Below, piece after piece: positions 27,909-35,904 of a stretch of DNA of 64,000 bases. The notes under the pieces are model-generated. The model made no database searches, was not told the origin of the DNA, and saw only the letters and a list, made by a program, of their open reading frames with translations. Source of the DNA: an uncultured virus (IMG/VR IMGVR_UViG_3300037067_008364). Taxonomy: Duplodnaviria; Heunggongvirae; Uroviricota; Caudoviricetes. The number at the start of each line of letters is the position of its first letter. The stretch's first letter is position 1. The DNA lies in the IMG/VR virus record IMGVR_UViG_3300037067_008364, positions 1-64,000 of that record, one strand, 5' to 3'. A program made the position numbers and the translations under genes.

Positions 27909-28370
27909 ATGACAAACGAATTTGATTTTTTATGCGATACTATTTTACATGTAACAGAAGTACAAGAAAACATAGAACAAATAACAGGCAATCTTCGTAG
28001 GCGTGGTTTTGCGCATGACCGTACAAAGTTTCAGGAACCGGAGTTCAGTGCATTCGTATCAACACGTGATGATTTCAAGAAAGCGAATTATGGTACGCCT
28101 GAATATAAGGCATGCGTAGACCGTATCAAACCTGCTGTTGACCACCATTACCAAAACAACCGTCATCATACAGGATACCATGAAGACGGCATTAATGACA
28201 TGTCTCTTATTGATATCATTGAAATGATTTGTGACTGGCATGCTGCATCGCGTAGAAGTCCAGATCAAAGTGAAATAGAGGGTCTTGAAAAAGCGCTAAG
28301 TAAATATGGTATCAGTGAGCAATTACAACAGATTATAGTAAATACATATGGTGAGTTAGGATGGATATAA
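27909..28370 (+). CDS. DUF5662-like HD-type protein
   Basis: H...V...HDRTK...HHY..NRHH...EMICDW. Confidence 0.85.
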   Translation: MTNEFDFLCDTILHVTEVQENIEQITGNLRRRGFAHDRTKFQEPEFSAFVSTRDDFKKANYGTPEYKACVDRIKPAVDHHYQNNRHHTGYHEDGINDMSLIDIIEMICDWHAASRRSPDQSEIEGLEKALSKYGISEQLQQIIVNTYGELGWI

Positions 28371-28371
28371 T

Positions 28372-28596
28372 ATGAAACACATCGAGCTTGGCGTTTACGT
28401 ACGCGATACCATAACAGGGTTCGCCGGCGTGGCTGTAGCACGTACCGAATTCCTGCATGGGTGTATGCGTTATGAAGTTGAACCGTCTGAACTGAAGGAT
28501 GGAGATTTGATACCGTCCAGAGTGTTTGATGAACCGAGGCTGAAACGCTGTGACGAACCGGCAAAGGATAAGCGATTGGGATTCTACGATAAGTAA
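28372..28596 (+). CDS. conserved phage hypothetical protein
   Basis: LG..V.D.ITGF.G.......GC.R...FDE motif. Confidence 0.75.
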   Translation: MKHIELGVYVRDTITGFAGVAVARTEFLHGCMRYEVEPSELKDGDLIPSRVFDEPRLKRCDEPAKDKRLGFYDK

Positions 28597-28607
28597 TGAT
28601 GCAATTA

Positions 28608-28640
28608 AAAAAAGGGGAAAGTATAAAAGCTCTCCCCTTT
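28608..28640. terminator. bidirectional intrinsic terminator between convergent blocks
   Basis: A-tract-GGGGA...TCCCC-T-tract. Confidence 0.7.
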
Positions 28641-28835
28641 ATTATATTTTCTAAATTAGAACAGTTGTTGTTTTACGTCATGCATTCCATGCGTCTACAT
28701 ACCCACTTATAAATTCGTTTTTGATATGTTCTATAATATCGCGTGGTTCATTATCATAACCGAATACCTGAATTATTTTATTTGCTATTTCTTGACCGGC
28801 ATTGTACGCTATAATATAAACATTATTTTCTTCCA

Positions 28836-29609
28836 TTAATCCACCCTCAATAACCTTTCCAATTCATCAACCTCTTCACGTGTTATATTCCCGAAGTTGC
28901 TTGAATTAAACAACTCCAGTATCCGTTTCTTATACTCAGCGTTCCTTTTCTCCCAATCCTCAAACAGCTTTATCGACTCTGACGGTCTCATGTAATACCC
29001 TTTCTTGGCATACTTCAGAGACCTGAGCAGTGCAGACGCAGGGCAATGCACAACCCTCATTGACAGAAGGTTAGCCTTTTCATCACGTTCGAAGTCCTGA
29101 TCGCATACAGCAGTCTTCTCGTCCTTTATGGCAACCCTAGCAACCGTGAAGTCAAAGTTCCCGAGCACTTCTTCGATTGTTCCGTACGACGCAATGGCAC
29201 CCTTCTTTACAGGCTTGATAATCTGTATAGTCGGAAGGTACATGTACTTACCAGTATTGTGATTGCTGAACGTCACCGATATATCGTTCTCATGTCTTAC
29301 TTTGAATTTGTATTTCCCCTTATGTGTCTTCCCGAATATCTCCACGATACTATGGTACGCTTCAGGTGTCTTGCAGTATATGTCACAATCACTTGCCGGA
29401 AACGGAACCTTCTTCGGTGAAGCACAGTACCGGGCATATCCACCACAGATGAATCCATTCAGCCTTGTAACGTCTTCATAGACCTCAGCTATCTCGGTGA
29501 ACCCGCGTCGGATTGGTATTTCCTTGAACACGTGAACGCTCATGTCTGTTTTTATAACTTTCTCTTCATCCATTTCTTCATCAATATCATCCACAATAAT
29601 CTCATCCAT
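28836..29609 (-). CDS. nucleotidyltransferase (poly(A) polymerase/CCA-adding head-like domain)
   Basis: CGGYAR...DCDIY...NFDFT. Confidence 0.75.
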   Translation of the reverse strand: MDEIIVDDIDEEMDEEKVIKTDMSVHVFKEIPIRRGFTEIAEVYEDVTRLNGFICGGYARYCASPKKVPFPASDCDIYCKTPEAYHSIVEIFGKTHKGKYKFKVRHENDISVTFSNHNTGKYMYLPTIQIIKPVKKGAIASYGTIEEVLGNFDFTVARVAIKDEKTAVCDQDFERDEKANLLSMRVVHCPASALLRSLKYAKKGYYMRPSESIKLFEDWEKRNAEYKKRILELFNSSNFGNITREEVDELERLLRVD

Positions 29610-29613
29610 TTTA

Positions 29614-30009
29614 TTATTCCTCTTCGTCAATCAGCAATTGTTCATTGATATAATCTTTTACGGTTTTCTTTCTCCGGTTTATCACTCTCTTGGTTTTGTT
29701 CCTCTTGTCGTCTCTTGCCTCCCTCACCGTGTTATGCGTAGTCTCAGCACGTTTCAGTCTTGTTTCGCGGTTATCCTCATACTCTCCGATAATCATGTGC
29801 ATTTCTTTTACTGACGCATTAATCAAATTGGCAAGCTCTGTAACTTTGTCCGGCAACCTATTGAGAACAAACGGATGAAGCTTGTGTATTCTCCTCTTTA
29901 TCCAATACGTCCGCTTCACTGCTTCGTCAATAAGCGCAACCACAGGAAATGACAGTCTCTTTCTCCCCATTGATGCGCTTCGTTTACGGGCAATTTCCTT
30001 ACTGTTCAT
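29614..30009 (-). CDS. basic hypothetical protein
   Basis: ORF track. Confidence 0.65.
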   Translation of the reverse strand: MNSKEIARKRSASMGRKRLSFPVVALIDEAVKRTYWIKRRIHKLHPFVLNRLPDKVTELANLINASVKEMHMIIGEYEDNRETRLKRAETTHNTVREARDDKRNKTKRVINRRKKTVKDYINEQLLIDEEE

Positions 30010-30280
30010 CTTCCAGATCTTCCTGCCATTCCGGTTTCACGATATCGTCTTCAGTTACCACAGGCCTTACGACTGCATTCTTGGCAATGGTTAAGTTGTT
30101 CTTAAGCTCTCCCATGTTCTGGCCAACCATAGACAGCGGTGAATGCTCTATGCAGACAACATCGCCATTGCCATTGAAATGCACCATTGATACAGAGTAA
30201 AACGTCCTGTCGCAGAACCGCCGTTTAACCAACCTGTATTCACTTGTGAACGGTACTGTTTTGGTTTTATTCTGTTTCAT
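29999..30280 (-). CDS. hypothetical protein
   Basis: YRLVKR...V.F motif. Confidence 0.6.
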   Translation of the reverse strand: MKQNKTKTVPFTSEYRLVKRRFCDRTFYSVSMVHFNGNGDVVCIEHSPLSMVGQNMGELKNNLTIAKNAVVRPVVTEDDIVKPEWQEDLEDEQ

Positions 30281-30427
30281 ATTACCGCCAGTCACCAAGC
30301 CAGCCAATATCTCCGTCACAGACATCGCCAAATTCAAGAACATGGTTATAAATAACATACATCACAATTGAACATATCATGATAACAACCGACAGTACTG
30401 CAATATACCGTTTCATAGTTTCACTCT

Positions 30428-30685
30428 TTATTCTTCCTTGTTCTTATCGCTATTGTTCATATCATTCAGACGAGTCATGAACGCATCAAACTTTTCGTCA
30501 ATATGAACTACAATGTTACGGCTATCAGAATCATAGAGATACACGTAACTTCTTGTTTCATCATGCATGTCAGATGCAATACGCTTTATATCCCAGATAT
30601 CAAACGCACACTTTATCATGATGTCCTGTGCCAGAGCACCATCGTATTCAATAGCGTCAACAATGATCATATGATCTCCACCCAT
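30428..30685 (-). CDS. hypothetical protein
   Basis: AGGAG RBS. Confidence 0.6.
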   Translation of the reverse strand: MGGDHMIIVDAIEYDGALAQDIMIKCAFDIWDIKRIASDMHDETRSYVYLYDSDSRNIVVHIDEKFDAFMTRLNDMNNSDKNKEE

Positions 30686-30697
30686 ATTGTACTCCTT

Positions 30698-30919
30698 TTA
30701 TTTTTGTGATGCTACCGAACATATTTCATACTGTACTACAGGTTCCAATGTTTTTCTGCCCATCTTTGACATTTCACCGTACAGTTCCCATATCCTTCCG
30801 GAGTATATTTCTCCATGACGTCTGGCGTGTGCGTAGAATTCATCCTTGCCGGTGTAGTGTTCGCCAGTATTGCTCAAATATTCTTTCCCATCAATCTCTA
30901 CTACTTCCATAAGTACCAT
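30698..30919 (-). CDS. hypothetical protein
   Basis: GGAG RBS. Confidence 0.6.
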   Translation of the reverse strand: MVLMEVVEIDGKEYLSNTGEHYTGKDEFYAHARRHGEIYSGRIWELYGEMSKMGRKTLEPVVQYEICSVASQK

Positions 30920-30931
30920 GATAAAATCTCC

Positions 30932-31375
30932 CTATAGTTCTCTTTCTACATATCCGATTTCTTCATTAAAATTAAACAGCACTTCACTTCTCTGTATCCC
31001 GTTCTCAAATGCGAGCCCCCTGTCTTCGCACCATATGTCTATTCTGTTTATCCAACAAGTATTCATGCAGTCATGTATCTCAAACCATCCATGATCCTGC
31101 ACAAACACACTGTCCCCATAATTGAAATACTTGAACAAGTCTCTCGATATTGCCATGATTCCATGCCGTACATGGGTACCATCAGCCGTAATGAACGGAG
31201 TGTCATCGCACTCCAACACCGAAGACGTATACCATGTGACATATACATTTATCGAATCATATGTTAACGTTCTGGTTTCTTCGTATACCCTTCCAACTTC
31301 TCCCTCGATTACTACATTCGGTGATATAACAATCATAATCATCATCACCAGAAGAATAATTGTGGAGTGTTTCAT
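30932..31375 (-). CDS. 3D-domain (double-psi barrel) cell-wall-acting protein with signal/anchor
   Basis: TWY....CD.TPFITA.G...AISRD...G..V...D.M...RIDIW. Confidence 0.85.
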   Translation of the reverse strand: MKHSTIILLVMMIMIVISPNVVIEGEVGRVYEETRTLTYDSINVYVTWYTSSVLECDDTPFITADGTHVRHGIMAISRDLFKYFNYGDSVFVQDHGWFEIHDCMNTCWINRIDIWCEDRGLAFENGIQRSEVLFNFNEEIGYVEREL

Positions 31376-31402
31376 GCATCCTCCCTAGTAAAGTTACCGG
31401 GC

Positions 31403-31606
31403 TTACAGCTTGTCTGTAATTATCTGTACCCATTCAAGGAGAGTTGTTTTAACACGTTCCTGCATATATTCAACTCCAACACGATACCCATTGTTATGTG
31501 TATTCTTCAGAGCGTTGAGTAATGTGTTCATACACGTCCCCTTGTCAAATCCATCTTGCCGCATCTTCTAGTATAGGTCATTTGCCGACTGTGTATAATC
31601 CTGCAT
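31403..31606 (-). pseudogene. 67-codon ORF with an in-frame TAG at codon 13
   Basis: CAGGAG RBS, MQDYTQSANDLY*KMRQDG...; TAG at 31568-31570. Confidence 0.5.
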
Positions 31607-31619
31607 TGTAATCTCCTGT

Positions 31620-31892
31620 TTATTCATATTTCAGACTTAAGAAATCTTGTAAATCGACTGCACCATATTGTATACTATTATGTACTTTTTGCTTATATGT
31701 ACTTGAGCAATCATCGCATATATGAAACCATTTACTATAATTATTTACAATAACCCACCCTTCGTTTTTCATGGTATTAACTAATGTTTTAAATTCTCCT
31801 AACCCAAAGTTAACGTGTTGAAAAGTTTTTCCACAGTTGTCGCACTGTGCTAAAAGTCTTTTTCTACGATGATTCATATGCTGAGTGATCAT
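31620..31892 (-). CDS. zinc-finger hypothetical protein
   Basis: CDNCG...GW...HICDDC. Confidence 0.7.
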   Translation of the reverse strand: MITQHMNHRRKRLLAQCDNCGKTFQHVNFGLGEFKTLVNTMKNEGWVIVNNYSKWFHICDDCSSTYKQKVHNSIQYGAVDLQDFLSLKYE

Positions 31893-31912
31893 AATAATCT
31901 CCTGTTTTAAGT

Positions 31913-32068
31913 TTACCCTTTACCACGCCATCCATTAGCCCTAGCCGCTTTTTCCTGTCTCTTCACTTTAGCCAGAGCCCTCTTGCGTCCAGCTTCTGAT
32001 TTATAATGATACTTTGATGTACCGAATGCAACGTACTTTCCCTGAGCGTCCTCACCATATTTCGGCAT
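31913..32068 (-). CDS. small basic protein (51 aa, below the ORF-track cut-off)
   Basis: MPKYGEDAQGKYVAFG...AARANGWRGKG. Confidence 0.65.
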   Translation of the reverse strand: MPKYGEDAQGKYVAFGTSKYHYKSEAGRKRALAKVKRQEKAARANGWRGKG

Positions 32069-32156
32069 TGCAATCACTTGTCCTTATTGTTATGCTTCCA
32101 TGCAACCAACGCACAGAATACCGATGCTGTTGCTATGAATAATGCTATTGTTACTG

Positions 32157-32363
32157 TCATCTTTCCCATCCTATAGCCTTAGATATTCGCACATGCTCAT
32201 CGTTGCTGATTTCATCTCTCATCTTGAACATGCGCTCTGAATAGTATTGTCCAGACTCTCCTTGAAACATCTCGTTCCCTGCGTGTGAAAATCTCCAGCC
32301 ATATAACAGGTCATAATATGACATATCGTCAATACGCTTTTTTACTTCAGGAGTTAATTCCAT
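32157..32363 (-). CDS. conserved phage hypothetical protein
   Basis: ID.MSY..LL..WRF...FQGE.G.Y...SK.IGW. Confidence 0.75.
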   Translation of the reverse strand: MELTPEVKKRIDDMSYYDLLYGWRFSHAGNEMFQGESGQYYSERMFKMRDEISNDEHVRISKAIGWER

Positions 32364-32599
32364 TATACCTCCCCATGGTCACCTTCATCAATTTTCTTAT
32401 TATATTCATGCTCAACCCTGAACACTACTTCCAATGGATACTTATGTACAACGTCATCAAGCCCCTCGTCATTGTGCTTGAACCGTATGCACAGCATTCC
32501 ATCCTTCACGTATACATCTGATACGTCATGGTATGTCTTAAAGTGTGACTCTGTGTTGAAGCATACCTTAACTGTAAAATCGTTACTATAGTTTGCCAT
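32363..32599 (-). CDS. hypothetical protein
   Basis: AGGAG RBS. Confidence 0.65.
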   Translation of the reverse strand: MANYSNDFTVKVCFNTESHFKTYHDVSDVYVKDGMLCIRFKHNDEGLDDVVHKYPLEVVFRVEHEYNKKIDEGDHGEV

Positions 32600-33143
32600 A
32601 TATTATTTCTCCTTATACTATTATTCAAACCTCTCAAAACACCCGCATGCGTACCCATCATCATAACCAATATGGTACACTTCACCAATTAACTCTTCAA
32701 TCTCAATCTCTGATAACTCAAATGTAAGTATGCGCTGGATAATCTCTTCTACGCGTTCGTCCATTATAGTATTCCTTATTTATGCATTATCATACAGACC
32801 ACATATCACATCAATCATTTCATCGAGTATCGCAAACAATCTTTCTCTGTGTTTAACCGGTACCATCTTGTCAAGTTCTTCGACAAGTTCTCTGTACCTG
32901 TCAATATCACCAACGAGTCTTGCGCATTTATCAATTTTTTCATCACCCATTTTCAACCCCTTCAATATATCCGTTCTTGTGCCCTTCGGTGTACCCGATA
33001 AAGAATGCCCGGCCAGCTACATATTCCATTATATCCCTGACCTCCTGTATCAATTTTGTATCAAGTTTGATATAGTCTGTGCCGAACTGTTCAATCTGCG
33101 TATCTATAATCTCTGCCAATTCCTGATGCAACATTATATCTCC

Positions 33144-33389
33144 TTATATTTCAATTGGATATTTTTCCATGATTTTGTGTATTGCAAACACGTTCATCGC
33201 GCATACGTGTAAAAGAGCTCCGACGACAACCTTGACATCGCATGTTTCGAGAAACTCATTCAGCTTTTCCACATAATCTTCTTCGCCGGTATCGTTGATC
33301 ATATCAGCAAGAAATTTAGTGGCGCGTTCAAGATGTTTGAATTCATCAGGTGAAAGCTGTAACGCATTATAGTTGTCTTTTAATTGCAT
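33144..33389 (-). CDS. hypothetical protein
   Basis: AGGAG RBS. Confidence 0.65.
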   Translation of the reverse strand: MQLKDNYNALQLSPDEFKHLERATKFLADMINDTGEEDYVEKLNEFLETCDVKVVVGALLHVCAMNVFAIHKIMEKYPIEI

Positions 33390-33625
33390 GTTATTCTCCT
33401 TATAATTCTATTTCATCAATATACACATCAACAAATATCCGATCACCGAACACATATGCCTCTGTTCCCATAAACTGATCATTCCATTTGATTTTAATCT
33501 TCGAAAAAATTTCAGCCATCCGTTCTTTGAATCCATCGGTATACTCGTCCACTTCTTCCTGAATTTTGAATATACGAGCATTTGTTGAAAGCCCGTCATA
33601 AGACACCACTATATACACTCTCATA

Positions 33626-33856
33626 TCAACTGTCCTTATCCCAGTCGCTGTCAATCTCCAAATCCCAATCACCGGTATAATCCACTATCTCATACGGATA
33701 CGGTATCAGTTCATTGCGAACCTTGACAAACATGGTTTTCTTGTACACGATATTCTGACCGTTGACGAGTTTGAGCGCCTGACTGATTACGTCATCACGC
33801 CCCGAGTAATAACGGTTACCGATACGGCTTGGCTTCACAACGTGTAGTAGTTTCAT
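33626..33856 (-). CDS. hypothetical protein
   Basis: AGGAG RBS, ATGA overlap. Confidence 0.6.
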   Translation of the reverse strand: MKLLHVVKPSRIGNRYYSGRDDVISQALKLVNGQNIVYKKTMFVKVRNELIPYPYEIVDYTGDWDLEIDSDWDKDS

Positions 33857-34158
33857 ACATTCTCCTTTGTTTTAGATTCATTATACACTTCTATATTTTT
33901 AATATATCCGCCATCCACCAACTGCTCATACATCTTCAATCTCCAACTCAGCGGTGTTTCCGGTCTGCAATGGTACTTGCACGAAAGATAAGGTTTACTG
34001 CGTATCTCCGCAACAGGCACTTGGTTGCACTTCCCCACGCCATACTTTACGTGCAGTGTTTCATAAAACACGCATCCTTTGCACTCTTCGGCTTTTGTCA
34101 GTTCACGTTTGTAATATACTTTCGACATCAATAATTTTAATCCTTCTTGGGATCCCAT
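33853..34158 (-). CDS. Cys-rich hypothetical protein
   Basis: CKGCVFY...GKC...C. Confidence 0.6.
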   Translation of the reverse strand: MGSQEGLKLLMSKVYYKRELTKAEECKGCVFYETLHVKYGVGKCNQVPVAEIRSKPYLSCKYHCRPETPLSWRLKMYEQLVDGGYIKNIEVYNESKTKENV

Positions 34159-34339
34159 TTGATTCTTACGGGGACACCGAATATCATTGTCATTCTTGTC
34201 ATAAATTCGTTATCAATATCAAAATCGTAGCGCCCATATATTTCATATTGTGCATTATGCAGTATCTCTACTTGCTCACGAGTTAATTGTATTGTAGCAA
34301 AATCTTTAACTTTTATCATATTGTCCGCCTTTCAACATA

Positions 34340-34416
34340 GCCAAGCGCTCAGCACAGACAAGCGTTGGAGCGAAGCGACCACGCGCAGTCTTGTGCACCC
34401 CCCCTTGAGCGCTGGC
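34340..34416. repeat. GC-rich intergenic hairpin element with apex TGGAGCGAAGCGACCA (copy 2)
   Basis: GCCA(A)GCGCTCA/TGAGCGCTGGC, GCACA-GAC/GTCTTGTGC. Confidence 0.7.
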
Positions 34417-34438
34417 GTAGACCGCGCGTAGCCGCAGT

Positions 34439-34711
34439 TTATTTTTCTGTTATAATGAGACCATCTGCCAATTCCGCAAGTATGTCACCATGGCATAGTT
34501 TTGGTTTGCACCAGCATCCCAACGTTCTATCTTTCAATGTATATAACGATGCAAGTAAAGACGGCTGTGTAATTATCCATTCACGATATTTTTCTATTAC
34601 ATCTTCTCGTGTCCCATCTTTACCTATTTCAAATGGATTACCCCATTTTGATGGTCTTCCAATATACACATCATATGGTTCATGCTTGCAATGTACAACT
34701 TTAGTAGCCAT
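34439..34711 (-). CDS. DUF4326 family protein
   Basis: DVYIGRPSKWGNPF...LGCWCKP..CHGD. Confidence 0.9.
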   Translation of the reverse strand: MATKVVHCKHEPYDVYIGRPSKWGNPFEIGKDGTREDVIEKYREWIITQPSLLASLYTLKDRTLGCWCKPKLCHGDILAELADGLIITEK

Positions 34712-34715
34712 AGTA

Positions 34716-34913
34716 TTAGTCTTTATTATATTTATTCCACAAGTCTATTGCATTATATAGATAAATTTCTTCTATAAAATACTCACAATCGTTACATTCT
34801 ATACGAACATACGGTGGATTATATTCATCCCAACCACCTTCGTATTCTTCTATTTCAATATTATTACCCATACAAAGCGGGCAATGTTTAATTATATATT
34901 CTTTATATTTCAT
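34716..34913 (-). CDS. Lar-like zinc-ribbon protein
   Basis: CPLC...V.IEC..C...AI..WN. Confidence 0.6.
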   Translation of the reverse strand: MKYKEYIIKHCPLCMGNNIEIEEYEGGWDEYNPPYVRIECNDCEYFIEEIYLYNAIDLWNKYNKD

Positions 34914-35140
34914 TAATCTTTTTTATCCCAGAACCCATCGAACCAGTGCTGTTTACCACTTAACTGCACTATTCTTTTGCTCATTGCCTTAGCCATGGCT
35001 ACAGCAACACGACACTGATATTTAATATCTTCATCATCAGTCTTATGATATATACCCCGTAACACTTCACATATCGAATATTCCGGGTTAACAGCATCCA
35101 TTGATTCTTCTGGGACTGGATTATGTTTATGCAGAGTCAT
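34913..35140 (-). CDS. hypothetical protein
   Basis: Packing. Confidence 0.65.
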   Translation of the reverse strand: MTLHKHNPVPEESMDAVNPEYSICEVLRGIYHKTDDEDIKYQCRVAVAMAKAMSKRIVQLSGKQHWFDGFWDKKD

Positions 35141-35331
35141 CCAGCAACTCCCAGATTTAATGATTCACCGCATACGCATGTAACTCTTATAAACATACCA
35201 ATACTTGTCTGTTCAAAGTGATATGTAAATCTTCCACCAATGGTTGCTGTTTTTGCAATACACGTTTTACGGTGTTTACTTTTCCATTGGTCTATAAAGA
35301 TATCCTGTTGTTCGGTTGTTTCAAATATCAT
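35137..35331 (-). CDS. hypothetical protein
   Basis: IGGRFTY.F..TSIG....C.CG motif. Confidence 0.7.
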   Translation of the reverse strand: MIFETTEQQDIFIDQWKSKHRKTCIAKTATIGGRFTYHFEQTSIGMFIRVTCVCGESLNLGVAG

Positions 35332-35624
35332 AAAGATTCCTCGTCTTTAATCGTAATAGCATCCTTATCAGCAACATAATCCAGCTTCCCGTCACGGATG
35401 ACAATTACAGTACTGGGAACAAAATTAGCTCTCCTGCTATATCCATTAGATCCATACGTCAACTGAACATATATAGCGTCTTTATCGTCTTCGTCTCCAC
35501 AGGTTACTTCAATCCCGATATCCCATGTCCTAGTGTGAGACCATATACCGCTTTTGACAGTACCCTGTCTGCTAGCAAGACCGCGATTACCCTTAATCTC
35601 TGCGTACCATTTACTCATAGCCAC
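35328..35624 (-). CDS. conserved phage hypothetical protein
   Basis: Y..I.GNRG.A.R.G...SG...W..GI. Confidence 0.7.
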   Translation of the reverse strand: MAMSKWYAEIKGNRGLASRQGTVKSGIWSHTRTWDIGIEVTCGDEDDKDAIYVQLTYGSNGYSRRANFVPSTVIVIRDGKLDYVADKDAITIKDEESL

Positions 35625-35667
35625 TCTCCGATTTTAAATTTTTACGTTGCGCATTTTTCACGCCACT

Positions 35668-35696
35668 AATATACGAAAAAACTTTGCACTTGTCAA
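35668..35696 (-). promoter_or_regulatory. sigma70-type promoter TTGACA-N17-TATATT
   Basis: Consensus; heads the 28.6-35.6 kb block. Confidence 0.8.
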
Positions 35697-35715
35697 GAAT
35701 TTTTTTCAAATTTCA

Positions 35716-35744
35716 CGCAACTTTTTGCGCGCTAACGTTTTGCG
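35716..35744. promoter_or_regulatory. 29-bp imperfect palindrome, putative operator
   Basis: Reverse complement CGCAAAACGTTA-GCGCG-CAAAAAGTTGCG, arms nearly identical to the 5347 copy. Confidence 0.6.
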
Positions 35745-35760
35745 AAATCGCTTATATATA

Positions 35761-35852
35761 AAAAATTGTGGCGCAGTACCGTCCGATACCACGCCACACC
35801 ACAACTACACACAGGAGATTTTATGAGGAGAGAGCTCGTGAAGAGCCCACTA
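35761..35852 (-). ncRNA. candidate ~90-nt sRNA with two CUCCU anti-SD motifs
   Basis: Own promoter (35859-35887), 5' hairpin, terminator hairpin plus U-tract. Confidence 0.6.
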
Positions 35853-35858
35853 TAGCAC

Positions 35859-35887
35859 AATATATAGTATAAAATCTCTTTTGTCAA
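35859..35887 (-). promoter_or_regulatory. sigma70-type promoter TTGACA-N17-TATATT
   Basis: Consensus. Confidence 0.7.
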
Positions 35888-35904
35888 GGACATCTGCGCA
35901 ACAT

